Below, in pieces: positions 50,793-60,647 of a stretch of 64,000 nucleotides of DNA. Both the position numbers and the translations under genes were made by a program. Source of the stretch: an uncultured delta proteobacterium (GTDB lineage: Bacteria > Myxococcota > Myxococcia > Myxococcales > Myxococcaceae); assembly GCA_963713045.1 (NCBI GenBank), contig CAVQKE010000003.1, positions 1,280,001-1,344,000 on the forward strand, given 5' to 3'. Positions within the stretch are counted from its first letter, which is position 1. Each line of letters opens with the position of its first letter. The notes beneath the pieces were generated by a model that was given only the letters and a program-made list of their open reading frames with translations, ran no database searches and was not told the DNA's origin.

Positions 50793-50955
50793 CGGCCCTG
50801 GGAAAGCCCGGGCCATGGGGTGAAGTAGCCAGTGTGGGGCTCACCTGGCTGCCAGTTCAGCCTTCGAGGAGGGGCCCAAGGGGCACACGCAACCCGGGGG
50901 GACGAGGCCCCACGGCCCCAGGGTGTCTTCACCCCGGGCGGCGGTGCTGCCCTCG

Positions 50956-52443
50956 CTACTTCAGGTAGGTTTCGAGGGGCCGCGACGTCGTCGTGTTGAG
51001 CTGCTTCGTCCAGTCCACCACGGCGGTCTGCCACACCATGCCGGTCTCGCCCGGCAGCGGGTCCTGCTTCTCGAAGTCGAAGCCGTCCCCGCCGAAGTAG
51101 AGGTACTCCACCGAGGTGACGGAGTAGGTCTCGCTCGGGACGATGTCGCGGTTTTGGACGTCTTTGTAGCCGCCGTTGGGGCCCTTGCTGACGCCGGAGA
51201 AGATGGCCTTGGGGTTGGCGAGGGCGCGCAACAGCGCGTCCCCCTTCAGCTTGAAGGTGAGAAGTGAGTTGTCGAAGGGCAGCACCGCGTACACGGCACC
51301 GCGGGTAATGGGGCCAGCCGGTAACCCGGCCCGGAAGCCGCCCTTGTTGATGATGGCAACGTCCGTCTTGGTGACTTCTCGAATGGCACGCGCCACCCAG
51401 CTGTGCAGCAGGTCCGAGCCAGCGTCGAGGCCGGAGCGGGTGAAGCCGATGCGCTCGCCAAAGGCCGCTTCGTGTTTGGCCACCCAGGGCTTCAGCTGCG
51501 CGACCAGGGCTGCGTCCGGCGGCGGTGCCGACGGGCCGCCCAGCACCTGCACCACCTTGGCCTCCACGCCCGTCAGGCGGTGGCCAGCTGGCTTGGCCGT
51601 GTCGAAGGTGAGGTGCGCCCGGGCGTAAGCCTCGAAGCGGCGACCGGGGTTGACCAGCGGCGTGGTGCCTACCGTGGCCTCCATCGGCTTCTTGCAGTGT
51701 CCGCCCACCAGAAGGCTGAGGCTCCACTCGGGGTGCTTCTTCACGGCCGGTTCCAGCTCCGTCGGGCAGTCGTCGACCAGCACCACCACCGCGTCCGCCC
51801 CGGCCTTGCGCAGCTCCTTCACCGCTTGGCCCAGCGAGGCTTCGTAGGGGAGGACTTGCAGTCCATAGAAGCGGTCCGCCATCGCCGTCTCCACGGCGTG
51901 GAGATAGCTGAGACCCACCACTCCAATGCGGGCCCCCCCGCGGGTGAAAATTCGCCAGGGCGGCAACTCGACCGACTTGGCCAACGGCTTGGTCACCTTC
52001 AGGTTGGCGGCGAGGAAGGGGAAGCCGCCGATGTCGCGCAGCGAGAGAAATTGGTCGCGGCCGTAGTCCAGTTCATGGTTGCCGAAGCCGCTGGCGGCGT
52101 AGCCCATGCGCGCCATGGCCTGGGCCACCGGCTCGCCCTGGAAGAAGGTGGACAGCGAGGAGCCATTCCAGTGGTCGCCGGTGGAGAGGGCCAGGGTGAG
52201 GCCACCCGGGCAGGCGGCGGCGCCGTCCTGCTTGGCCTGGCCCGGGCAATGCTTGTCCTCGGCCTCCCAGCGCCCCAGCATCTGCGCGGCGCCGCCCTTT
52301 TGAAGGTCCCCGTCGGTGGCGGGAAGCAGCTGCCCATTCTCGTCGGACGTCACCAGGACGGTGACGGTTTGCGTCTCGGCCAGGGCGGGTGAAACCAGCA
52401 CCAACGCGGCGGCAAGGAGGGGGGCCAGAAGGTGTGCGCGCAC
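50956..52443 (-). CDS. Secreted 5'-nucleotidase / calcineurin-like metallophosphatase
   Basis: TSDENG, TGD, GNHELDYG, FPFLAAN, N.GGFR and VLPFDN; signal peptide. Confidence 0.85.
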   Translation of the reverse strand: MRAHLLAPLLAAALVLVSPALAETQTVTVLVTSDENGQLLPATDGDLQKGGAAQMLGRWEAEDKHCPGQAKQDGAAACPGGLTLALSTGDHWNGSSLSTFFQGEPVAQAMARMGYAASGFGNHELDYGRDQFLSLRDIGGFPFLAANLKVTKPLAKSVELPPWRIFTRGGARIGVVGLSYLHAVETAMADRFYGLQVLPYEASLGQAVKELRKAGADAVVVLVDDCPTELEPAVKKHPEWSLSLLVGGHCKKPMEATVGTTPLVNPGRRFEAYARAHLTFDTAKPAGHRLTGVEAKVVQVLGGPSAPPPDAALVAQLKPWVAKHEAAFGERIGFTRSGLDAGSDLLHSWVARAIREVTKTDVAIINKGGFRAGLPAGPITRGAVYAVLPFDNSLLTFKLKGDALLRALANPKAIFSGVSKGPNGGYKDVQNRDIVPSETYSVTSVEYLYFGGDGFDFEKQDPLPGETGMVWQTAVVDWTKQLNTTTSRPLETYLK

Positions 52444-52518
52444 GGGAAAGGCGCATAGCACACGGGCCCCGGGCGGGGGGGCCCCAAGTGGGCCTTCGGC
52501 CCACCCCTGGCCCTCCGT

Positions 52519-52932
52519 TCAGGGCAGCAGGTACGTCAGCGTGTGGTGGGAGACCCGCCTCGCCGAAGCGTCGAAGCAGGAGGCCTCGCCGTACACCACG
52601 CGCCGGCCGGCCTGAAGCACGCGCGCCTCGCCGCGCAGGGCGCCCTTGGCACCTTTCAAAAAGTTGGTCTTCATCTCCAGCGTCACTGCCATCAACTCCT
52701 CGCCGATGACTGTCATCGCCGCCAGCCAGAAGGCCGTGTCGGAAAGGGCCATCACCGCTGCCCCCTGAAGCAGGCCCCCGGGGCGCTCCAACTCCACTCG
52801 ATGCGGAAGCCGCAAGGTGGCCGTTCCCGCCCCCACCGACTCCACTTCGAAGCCCCACCAGGGGGCAAAGCCGGTCGCGGCGAGAATTCGCCGTGCGTCG
52901 GAAGCCGTGATGCGCGACGCGGAGACGTCCAA
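52519..52932 (-). CDS. PaaI-family thioesterase
   Basis: GLLQGAAVMALSD, VTLEMKTNFL and GRRVVYGE. Start uncertain. Confidence 0.85.
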   Translation of the reverse strand: MDVSASRITASDARRILAATGFAPWWGFEVESVGAGTATLRLPHRVELERPGGLLQGAAVMALSDTAFWLAAMTVIGEELMAVTLEMKTNFLKGAKGALRGEARVLQAGRRVVYGEASCFDASARRVSHHTLTYLLP

Positions 52933-52963
52933 AGGGCGAAACCCCCGGTTGGTCAGGCGGCTT

Positions 52964-54478
52964 TCAGAAGTAGCGCTTGCGTTTGCTGGACGGCAGAACG
53001 CCCAGCACTTCGCGGTACTTGGCCACCGTGCGCCGGGCGATGTCGATGCCGCGGGCCCGCAGCAACTCGACAATCTTTTGGTCCGAATAGGGGTTGGCGG
53101 TGTCTTCCTCGCCGACAATCAACTTGATGTGGTTCTTCACCGCCTCGGAGGCGATGTCCTCGCCGGCCACCCGGGCGATGGAGGAGTTGAAGAAGTACTT
53201 CAGTTCATAAATGCCCTGCGGGGTGTGCACGTATTTGGCCGTGGTGACTCGGCTCACCGTCGACTCGTGCATCCCGATGTCCTCGGCCACGTCCCGGAGA
53301 ATGAGGGGCTTGAGGTAGGCAATGCCCCGGTCCAGAAAGTCCCGCTGAAACTTCACGATGGACTCGGTCACCTTGTAGATGGTGCGCTGGCGCTGGTGGA
53401 TGCTGCGGATGAGCCACATCGCCGAGCGCAGCTTGTCCTGGATGAATTCCTTGGCCTTGCCCGGCTCCATCACGCCCTTGCGCAGGGCCTGACGGTAGGC
53501 GCCGGAGATGCGCAGCTTGCTGAGGCCGTCGTCGTTGAGGACGACGGTGTAGCCGTCCCCCATTTTGTAGATGAAGACGTCCGGGGTGATGTAGTGCGCG
53601 TCCTCGGCGGAGAAATTGCGCCCCGGCTTCGGGTCCAGCTTGGCCAACAGCCGCGAGGCGTCAATCACTTCCTCCAGGCTCAGCTTGAGGTCGCGAGCAA
53701 TGGCCGGGAGGTTCTTGCTTTCCAGCGCCTTCATGTGGCGCTTAATCATCATCCCCAACAACGCGGCCCGCGGGTCATTCAGCCCTGCCACCTGAATCAG
53801 CAGGCATTCCTGTAAGTCGCGCGCCCCGCAGCCCTTGGGGTCGAGGTGCTGGATTTTCCGCAGCGTCCGCTCGGCCAGGCAGACGTCCACGTCGGCCTCA
53901 CTGGCCATGCGGATGAGGGGGTCGCCCTCCACGTCCGGAAGCCTCAGGTAGCCGTCGTCGTCGAGGTTGAAGATGATGGAGTGGGCAATTCGCCGCTCGG
54001 CCTCGTTCAGCTTCAACAGGCTGAGCTGACTTGCGAGGTGGTCGGGCAAGTCCTCCCGGTCCACCAGGTTGGCTTCGAAGGAAGGCAAGTCATCGCTGGC
54101 GACGTTGCCCTTGTTGCTGGCAGTGGAAGGTTCATTGAATTGGTAACTGTTGAGGTAGGCCTCCCAGTCAATCTCGCTGGGCCCCTCCTTCCCCTGCACC
54201 TCCTCGGCGTGCTCAGGCGCCTTGGCGGCTGCCAAATCCTCCGGAGACATCTCGGCGTTGGCCGCCTCCAGGGAGGCCTCCCCGGGAGCCTTTTCGGAGA
54301 GGTCTCCTTCGACCGTCTCGTCCGGCTGCTCCAGCAGGGGGTTCTGCTCCATCTCCTGCTGCACCTGGGCGACCAGTTCCATGTGCGAGAGCTGAAGCAG
54401 CTTGATGGCCTGCTGCAGCTGGGGCGTCATCACCAGCTGCTGCGACAGCTTCAGGCTCTGCTTGAGTTCCATCGCCAT
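52964..54478 (-). CDS. rpoN: RNA polymerase sigma-54 factor
   Basis: QQLVMTPQLQQAIKLLQLS, HESTVSR and RpoN box ARRTVAKYRE. Confidence 0.98.
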   Translation of the reverse strand: MAMELKQSLKLSQQLVMTPQLQQAIKLLQLSHMELVAQVQQEMEQNPLLEQPDETVEGDLSEKAPGEASLEAANAEMSPEDLAAAKAPEHAEEVQGKEGPSEIDWEAYLNSYQFNEPSTASNKGNVASDDLPSFEANLVDREDLPDHLASQLSLLKLNEAERRIAHSIIFNLDDDGYLRLPDVEGDPLIRMASEADVDVCLAERTLRKIQHLDPKGCGARDLQECLLIQVAGLNDPRAALLGMMIKRHMKALESKNLPAIARDLKLSLEEVIDASRLLAKLDPKPGRNFSAEDAHYITPDVFIYKMGDGYTVVLNDDGLSKLRISGAYRQALRKGVMEPGKAKEFIQDKLRSAMWLIRSIHQRQRTIYKVTESIVKFQRDFLDRGIAYLKPLILRDVAEDIGMHESTVSRVTTAKYVHTPQGIYELKYFFNSSIARVAGEDIASEAVKNHIKLIVGEEDTANPYSDQKIVELLRARGIDIARRTVAKYREVLGVLPSSKRKRYF

Positions 54479-54520
54479 GGGGGGCTTGTCGGCCGTCCCC
54501 GGGGTGCCCAAATGGCCCCA

Positions 54521-54563
54521 TCAAGGACCATGCCAAGCTACCAGGAGCGTCCAGGGCCGTCCA
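54521..54563 (-). promoter_or_regulatory. rpoN sigma70-like promoter overlapped by a sigma54-like binding site
   Basis: TGGACG-N17-TAGCTT (54563-54535) running into TTGGCAT-GGTCC-TTGA (54536-54521). Confidence 0.55.
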
Positions 54564-54704
54564 GGCAACTTCGGCCCGACCCATGCCTACCTCGTATGGA
54601 AAGCTGAGTCGCAACGCACAGTTAGACAGACGCGAGGATTGCCGCGGTGCGGGGGCAGCCCCCCAACCGGGACGTTGCAGGGCACCTAAGCCCCTGGCAG
54701 GGGT

Positions 54705-55445
54705 TCAGGCGTGTTCATCCAGGACGAAGCGCTCGCCCAGGTAGACGGCCCGTGCGTCCGCGGAGTCGGCCAGTTCCCGCGGCGTGCCATGCAGCAGCAC
54801 CTTTCCATGGGCCAACAGGTAGGCCCGGTCGCAAATGCGCAGGGTGTCCCGGACGTTGTGGTCGGTAATCAGCACGCCCAGGCCCCGGGCCCGAAGGGCT
54901 GCAATTTGCCGCTGGATGTCGATGACGTTGATGGGGTCCACGCCGGCGAAGGGCTCATCAAACAGCATGAAGCGCGGGCGGCGGATGAGGGAGCGCGCGA
55001 TTTCTGCCCGCCGGCGCTCGCCGCCTGAGAGTTGCTCCCCGAGGGACTCAGCCACCTCCGTCAGGTGAAATTCTTCTAGCAAGGCCTGGGCCGCCGCCTC
55101 GCGCTGGGCCCGGTTGTTGCGCTTGTCCAACTCCAGCACTGCGAGGAAGTTTTGCCGCAGCGTGAGGCGCCGGAAGATGGAGGCCTCCTGGGGCAAATAG
55201 CCCAGGCCGGCCCGCGCGCGCCGGTGGATGGGGAGCGGCGTCAGGTCCATGCCGGCGAGGGAGACGCTGCCCGCCTCGGCCGGGACCAGGCCAACCACCA
55301 TGTTGAAGGTGGTGGTTTTCCCGGCCCCATTGGGCCCGAGCAGCCCCACCACCTCGCCCAGGGAGACTTCCACGTGGACGTCGTCCACCACGCGTCGGCC
55401 GCGGTAGCTTTTCACCAGGCCCCGGGCGACGAGTTGCTCGCTCAC
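54705..55445 (-). CDS. lptB: LPS export ABC transporter ATP-binding protein
   Basis: [35 protein letters not shown] and ITDHNV. Confidence 0.96.
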   Translation of the reverse strand: MSEQLVARGLVKSYRGRRVVDDVHVEVSLGEVVGLLGPNGAGKTTTFNMVVGLVPAEAGSVSLAGMDLTPLPIHRRARAGLGYLPQEASIFRRLTLRQNFLAVLELDKRNNRAQREAAAQALLEEFHLTEVAESLGEQLSGGERRRAEIARSLIRRPRFMLFDEPFAGVDPINVIDIQRQIAALRARGLGVLITDHNVRDTLRICDRAYLLAHGKVLLHGTPRELADSADARAVYLGERFVLDEHA

Positions 55446-56410
55446 TGGGGCGGTGCCGCCTTCTTCATGTTGGCCTTCCGCTTCTCGTCCTGCCCCTTGC
55501 TTTCGAGAACGCCCACCGCGTTGTCGACGTCCATCAAGTCCGAGTCAACGTAGAAGGTGATTTTGGTGCCCTTCATCTCGCTGCCGCCCTGGCGCCCCAG
55601 CGGGTTCCCGGTGATGACCAGCACTTCCTTGGTGGTGTCAAAGTCCCCGTGTTCCCCGCGTGCCCAGCGGTTTCCGTCGACCGCTTCCACGTTGCCGGTG
55701 CATTCGATGCGCTTCACTTCGTTGACGTCCCGGTTGACGTAGTAGGCGGTGGCGTGCGCGCACGTCATGTCGGTGTTGTGCCGCTTCACGTGGACATGGC
55801 CCACGCACACCATTTGTTCCTTGGAGCCCTGCATTCGCCCCCGGTCGCACTGAATGTTGGCTGGATTGACAAAGCCCCCTTCGGCCAGGCCGCCATCCAG
55901 CGCAGCCGGAGGAAGCGTGGCCTCCTTCTTCTTCTTCGCCGCGCGCCTCTCCTCTTGCCCCTCGCTTTCCAACAGGGCGTTGACACCGTCCACGTCCATC
56001 TCGTCGGTGTTGACGTGGAAGACAATTTTGTTCCCTTGCAGCTGACTGGTGCCCTGCCGGCCGCGGGGGTTGCCGGTCATGACCAGGACTTCCGTCTGGT
56101 TGTCGTAGTCCCCGAAGTCCCCGGTGGCCCAGCGGTCCGCGTCCACCGCCACCACATCCCCGATGCACTCGAAGTGCGTCATGTCGTTGACGTCGCGGTT
56201 GGTGTAGTAGGCAATCAGTTTCTGGCAGGTGATGTCCGTCTTGTAGCGCTTCACCAGCACGTGCCCGGTGCAGATGAGTCGCTGCTTACTGCCTTCCATC
56301 CGCGCAAAGTCACACTTGACGTCCACCGGGTTGTGGAAGCCGCCGTCGGCGCCCGAATGCCCAAGCGAGCCGCCGTCGGCCGCGGCCAAGAGGAGGACAA
56401 GCGCAATCAC
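55442..56410 (-). CDS. lptA: LptA/OstA-family protein with two tandem beta-jellyroll domains
   Basis: Two homologous ~130-aa units (NPV..CD....TGNP.GRQG) located between lptC and lptB. Confidence 0.8.
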   Translation of the reverse strand: MIALVLLLAAADGGSLGHSGADGGFHNPVDVKCDFARMEGSKQRLICTGHVLVKRYKTDITCQKLIAYYTNRDVNDMTHFECIGDVVAVDADRWATGDFGDYDNQTEVLVMTGNPRGRQGTSQLQGNKIVFHVNTDEMDVDGVNALLESEGQEERRAAKKKKEATLPPAALDGGLAEGGFVNPANIQCDRGRMQGSKEQMVCVGHVHVKRHNTDMTCAHATAYYVNRDVNEVKRIECTGNVEAVDGNRWARGEHGDFDTTKEVLVITGNPLGRQGGSEMKGTKITFYVDSDLMDVDNAVGVLESKGQDEKRKANMKKAAPPQ

Positions 56411-56934
56411 GGCCCGCGCGTCCGCGTCTCCGGATTCACGAAGTCGTAGACGTCCGTGCGCAGGTGGATGTCAAAGGCGTCGGCGCGCAGCCAGAAGCCG
56501 TCGGGCCCATCCACCTTCAGCGGGGAGTGGCCGGTGGCCCGCATGTCCGGTGAGTCGAAGAAGGCGTGGGACGTCGTCGCGACGACGCCGGTCGGCAGCC
56601 GGACGGTGACCCCGTCGGTGACTTCCACCCCGTGGGTGAGGAGGTTGCCCACCGCCATCGGCGCCGAGAGGTGGGTGGCCGGAGGCGTCACACCGCGCGG
56701 GGGCGGCGGCTCCGTCCGGTAGACGTCCAGCTGCATGTCGCTGGAGTGCACATCCGCGCTGGCGCGCTGGTAGGCCATCAGGCTGCTGGCGCCGACTGCC
56801 GTCAGGGTGGAGTTGTGGAAGTTGCGCAGCTGCACCTGGTGCAGCGTCACTTCCGGCGCCACTTGGTTGGGCGGAGGCGGCACGGCGCAGCCAGCGAGGA
56901 GGAAGGCGAGAGCGGCGAAGCGGCGCACGGGCAA
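56407..56934 (-). CDS. lptC: LptC-like lipoprotein
   Basis: Lipobox LAGC, beta-rich sequence and position upstream of lptA-lptB. Confidence 0.6.
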   Translation of the reverse strand: MPVRRFAALAFLLAGCAVPPPPNQVAPEVTLHQVQLRNFHNSTLTAVGASSLMAYQRASADVHSSDMQLDVYRTEPPPPRGVTPPATHLSAPMAVGNLLTHGVEVTDGVTVRLPTGVVATTSHAFFDSPDMRATGHSPLKVDGPDGFWLRADAFDIHLRTDVYDFVNPETRTRGP

Positions 56935-56943
56935 GAGGCCTCC

Positions 56944-57871
56944 CTAACACACTGTCTTCCACCGCTGGTGCATCCACACCCACTGCTCCGGCGTCCGGCG
57001 CACGGCTGCCTCAATGGCAGCCGAGTAGCGGGCGGTCAGCTCCACCACGTCCGCTTCGGCGTCCCCGGTGTGGGGGACGTCCACCTCGGCACCGCTCAGC
57101 TGGTAGCGCCCGTCGGCGCGACGCTGCAGAAAGCCCACCACGCTACAGGCCCCGGTGCGCAGGGTGAGGTCCGCCGGCGCGCGCGCGGTGGAGGCCAGCG
57201 TGCCGAAAAAGGGCACGCACACCGACTGGACGCGCGTGTCCTGGTCCACCAGGAAGCCCAGCATGTCGCCGCGGCGAAGCGCGCGCAGCATGGCCATGGC
57301 CGAGCCCGGGGCGCCGCGGAGGATGCTGTGGACACCGCCCTTCGCCCGGAAGGCCTCGGCCAGTCCGCCGAGGCGACTGTCCACGCCCTCTCGGGCGATG
57401 ACGTGCAAGGGAAGGCCAAGCCGCACCAGGGCCCAGCCAAACAACTCCCAGTGCCCGACATGCCCGCTGACGGCCACCACCCCCCGCCCTTGGGCAACCG
57501 CACTGCAGCAACAGGCTTCGCACCGCCTCCGGCACTTCCACCAGCGCGTCCAGTTGGGCCGAGGAAAGTCGCGGGGCGACGGCGGCCTCCAGCGCGCATC
57601 GGCCGAGGTGTCGGAAGCAGGCCCGCGCCAACGCCAGCCGCTCGGCCTCCCCCTTCTCCGGAAACGCCCGGGCCAAGGAAGTGAGGGCCTTGGCCCGTTC
57701 CCTCCGCAGAAGCCCGAAGGCGAGTGTGCCGAGGGCGTCCCCCAGCGCTTGGGCCCAGCGCAGCGGCAACAGGCCAGCCAGGGCCAGCGCGGCGCGCACC
57801 AGCGCGAAGCGGACGAAGCGCTTGAAGCGCTTTGCCAACGGGGGCGTGGCGTGGGAAACCCTCGCGTCCAC
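56944..57871 (-). CDS. Lipid A acyltransferase (LpxL/HtrB family) with an apparent +1 frameshift near 57502
   Basis: N-terminal half (LARAFPE..F.HLG) and C-terminal half (GHVGHWE, LVDQD, VPFFG, PEQWVWMHQRWK) are in different frames. Confidence 0.82.
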
Positions 57872-57884
57872 CAGGCCTTCCTCT

Positions 57885-59216
57885 ATGGCACAGCGCGAGT
57901 ACAACTTCGACGGACTCGTCGGGCCAACCCACAACCACGCTGGCATTGCCCCCGGCAACCTGGCCTCCGAAGCACACGAGGGCGAGGTGTCCAGCCCGCG
58001 GCAGGCCGCTTTGCAAGGGCTGGCCAAAATGCGCTTCATCGCCGCGCTGGGCGTTGAACAGGCGGTGCTTCCACCGCAGCCCCGGCCTTCACTGCGGACG
58101 CTGCGGGCCCTCGGCTTCACCGGCACCGACGAGGCGGTGGTGACGCGGGCCGCAAGGGAGGCCGAGCCACTGCTGCGCGCGTGTTCCAGCGCCGCCGCCA
58201 TGTGGACCGCCAACGCCTGCACCAACGCGCCGTCGGAGGACACGGCCGACAAGCGGGTGCACCTCACCCCCGCCAACCTGACCGCCATGTTTCACCGCAG
58301 CATTGAAGCGGACACCACCCACGCGGTGCTGGCGAAAATATTTGGCGACCTGCGGCACTTCGCCGTCCATGGCCCGCTGCCGGGAGGCGCCCACTTCGCC
58401 GACGAGGGCGCCGCCAACCACACCCGGCTGGCGGTGGAGGGTCGGCCGGCCGTCCACCTTTTCGGCTGGGGCCGAAGCAGCTACCGCCCCAGCGTCCTCC
58501 CCACCCGTTTCCCGGCGCGGCAGACGCGCGAGGCCAGCGAGACGCTGGCCCGGCTGCACCAGTTGGCCCCGGCGCAGTGCCTCTTCCCCCAGCAGTCGCC
58601 GGCCGGCATTGACGCCGGCGCCTTCCATTCGGACGTCCTGGTGGTGGGCAACGAAGGGCTACTGCTGCTGCATGAGAGTGCCTTCGTGGACACGCCCGGG
58701 GTGCTTTCTGCCCTGCGCGAGAAGCTGGGGCCCGGCTTCACCGCGGTGGTGGCCACCGAGGCCGAGTTGCCGGTGGCGGAGGCCGTCCAGGCCTACCCCT
58801 TCAACAGCCAGCTCCTGACGCTGCCCTCCGGGCGGATGGCGATTGTGGCGCCCGTGGAAAGCCGGGACTCCCCCGCCGCACGGGCCTTTCTCGAAAGGGT
58901 GGTCGCTGGCGACAACCCAGTCGAAGCGGTGCACTACCTGGACGTGCGCGAGTCCATGCACAACGGCGGGGGCCCGGCCTGCCTCCGCCAGCGCATTCGG
59001 CTGACCGACGCCGAGGCGGACGCGGTGACGGCCCGGGTGTTTTTCAACGAGGCCCTGGACGTGGACTTAACCGGTTGGATTGGGCGTCACTACCGCGACC
59101 GCCTCGTCCCGGAGGACCTCCGGGACCCAGCCCTCGCCCGGGAAAGCATGGCAGCCCTGGATGAGTTAACGCGGCTGCTCCATCTGGGCAGCGTCTACGA
59201 CTTCCAGAAGGCCTGA
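57885..59216 (+). CDS. astB: N-succinylarginine dihydrolase
   Basis: NFDGLVGPTHN, AMWTANA, DEGAANH and ESMHNGGGPACLR. Confidence 0.96.
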   Translation: MAQREYNFDGLVGPTHNHAGIAPGNLASEAHEGEVSSPRQAALQGLAKMRFIAALGVEQAVLPPQPRPSLRTLRALGFTGTDEAVVTRAAREAEPLLRACSSAAAMWTANACTNAPSEDTADKRVHLTPANLTAMFHRSIEADTTHAVLAKIFGDLRHFAVHGPLPGGAHFADEGAANHTRLAVEGRPAVHLFGWGRSSYRPSVLPTRFPARQTREASETLARLHQLAPAQCLFPQQSPAGIDAGAFHSDVLVVGNEGLLLLHESAFVDTPGVLSALREKLGPGFTAVVATEAELPVAEAVQAYPFNSQLLTLPSGRMAIVAPVESRDSPAARAFLERVVAGDNPVEAVHYLDVRESMHNGGGPACLRQRIRLTDAEADAVTARVFFNEALDVDLTGWIGRHYRDRLVPEDLRDPALARESMAALDELTRLLHLGSVYDFQKA

Positions 59217-59260
59217 AGCGAGGGGCCAGTGGGGTCCCTCACGCGCGACGCTTCAGGCCT
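59209..59260. terminator. 12-bp inverted repeat between convergent genes
   Basis: AGGCCTGAAGCG (59209-59220) and CGCTTCAGGCCT (59249-59260). Confidence 0.4.
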
Positions 59261-59301
59261 CCTCAAGAAGACCTTCCGCCACGTGTCGCTGGCTCCAGCA
59301 C

Positions 59302-60405
59302 TCACTCTCTTCGTAGGTAGCCGTGCAGGACGCCGCTCGCGTCGTAGAAGAATCCATCGCTCGCGCCCTCTTCGTTGATGCTGTCGGCAATGGTGCCCTG
59401 TCCGGCCCCCGTGCCCGCACCAGGGGCTTCGTAGGTGATGAAGCTACCGTCGGGAGCGCGCAGAAAGGCGTGATTCACGCCGTTCCCGTCGAGGTATTGC
59501 CCGGTAATCTGCCCGCGAGTGTTGATTTGCTCGGGAATGGTGCCCTGCCCGGCTGCTGTGCCCGCCCCGGGGGCCTCGAAGGTGATGATGCATCCGTCGG
59601 GAGTGCGCAGAAAGCCGTGATTCACGCCACTGCCGTCAATGACGCTTCCCGTGATTGCCCCCTCGGAGTTGAGGGCACCGCCAGGCGTGGGTGCCGTCCC
59701 CTGGCCCGGGCCGGTGCCCGCGCCCGGGCCGTCGAAGGTGGCGATGCGTCCGTCGCGAGAGCGAAGGAAACCATGATTCACGCTGCTCCCGTCAACGTAC
59801 GCCCCGGTAATCTCTCCCCGGTCGTTGATGCTCAGACCAAGCGTCCCTTGCCCGGGACCCGTTCCGGCCCCCGGAACATCGTAGGTGGTGGTGCGTCCGT
59901 CGCGAGAGCGCACATAGCTGTGAGACACGTTGTTGGTGTCAATGAAATACGCTGCAGTCGCGCCGTCTTGGTTGATGCCAAACTCGAAGGTGCCCTGCCC
60001 GGCAGCGGTGCCCGCGCCCGGAATGTCGACCGTCGAAATTTTTCCGTCGGGAGCGCGTAAGAATCCGTGGAACACGGTGCTTGCGTCGAGGAAATAACCC
60101 GTCACCAGCCCGTCATCATTGGTGAGAATCGCGAAGGTGGCCACGGCCCCTGGAGCGTCGAACGTCGTGAACCAACCTTCGGGAGCCCGAATAAAACCGT
60201 GATCTGTATTGCTACCGTCGACGTAGAACCCGACTATCTCACCGACGTTATTGATGTAGATGACGAAAGTGCCCTGGCCCCCAGCTGTGCCCGCGCCAGG
60301 AGCGTCGAATTCGGTCAATTGCCTTTCATGTCCTCCGGCGAAAGCTGGAAGTGTCATGGCCAGGACGGTCAACAACGTCAATTTGCGAAACCATACGAAT
60401 CTCAT
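59302..60405 (-). CDS. Secreted 7-repeat (HAF-like) putative beta-propeller protein, paralogue 1
   Basis: Signal peptide ending AFA; seven ~48-aa repeats FDxPGAGT..GQGT...IN..G.I.G...D....HGFLRxxDG; AAAGGGG RBS. Confidence 0.85.
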   Translation of the reverse strand: MRFVWFRKLTLLTVLAMTLPAFAGGHERQLTEFDAPGAGTAGGQGTFVIYINNVGEIVGFYVDGSNTDHGFIRAPEGWFTTFDAPGAVATFAILTNDDGLVTGYFLDASTVFHGFLRAPDGKISTVDIPGAGTAAGQGTFEFGINQDGATAAYFIDTNNVSHSYVRSRDGRTTTYDVPGAGTGPGQGTLGLSINDRGEITGAYVDGSSVNHGFLRSRDGRIATFDGPGAGTGPGQGTAPTPGGALNSEGAITGSVIDGSGVNHGFLRTPDGCIITFEAPGAGTAAGQGTIPEQINTRGQITGQYLDGNGVNHAFLRAPDGSFITYEAPGAGTGAGQGTIADSINEEGASDGFFYDASGVLHGYLRRE

Positions 60406-60647
60406 GATTTACCCCCTTTGGTGTATTTCTGTGGCTCCTACCGAAACGAATGGCTGACCACTTTCGGTGCGCCGCGCGCCCGTCGCGCGCACCACGCTCC
60501 CGCGTCGCTTCGCCGCAGCGCGGGGCGTGCGGAGAAAAGTCCGCTGCCTCAGGTCTCTCTCCCCCCATAGGAAGCCTGCGCAGGCTTTCTGGACGCGGCC
60601 CACCTTCGGAGACGGGAGAATTCGCGCGTCGCCGGCCGGGAGATTCC

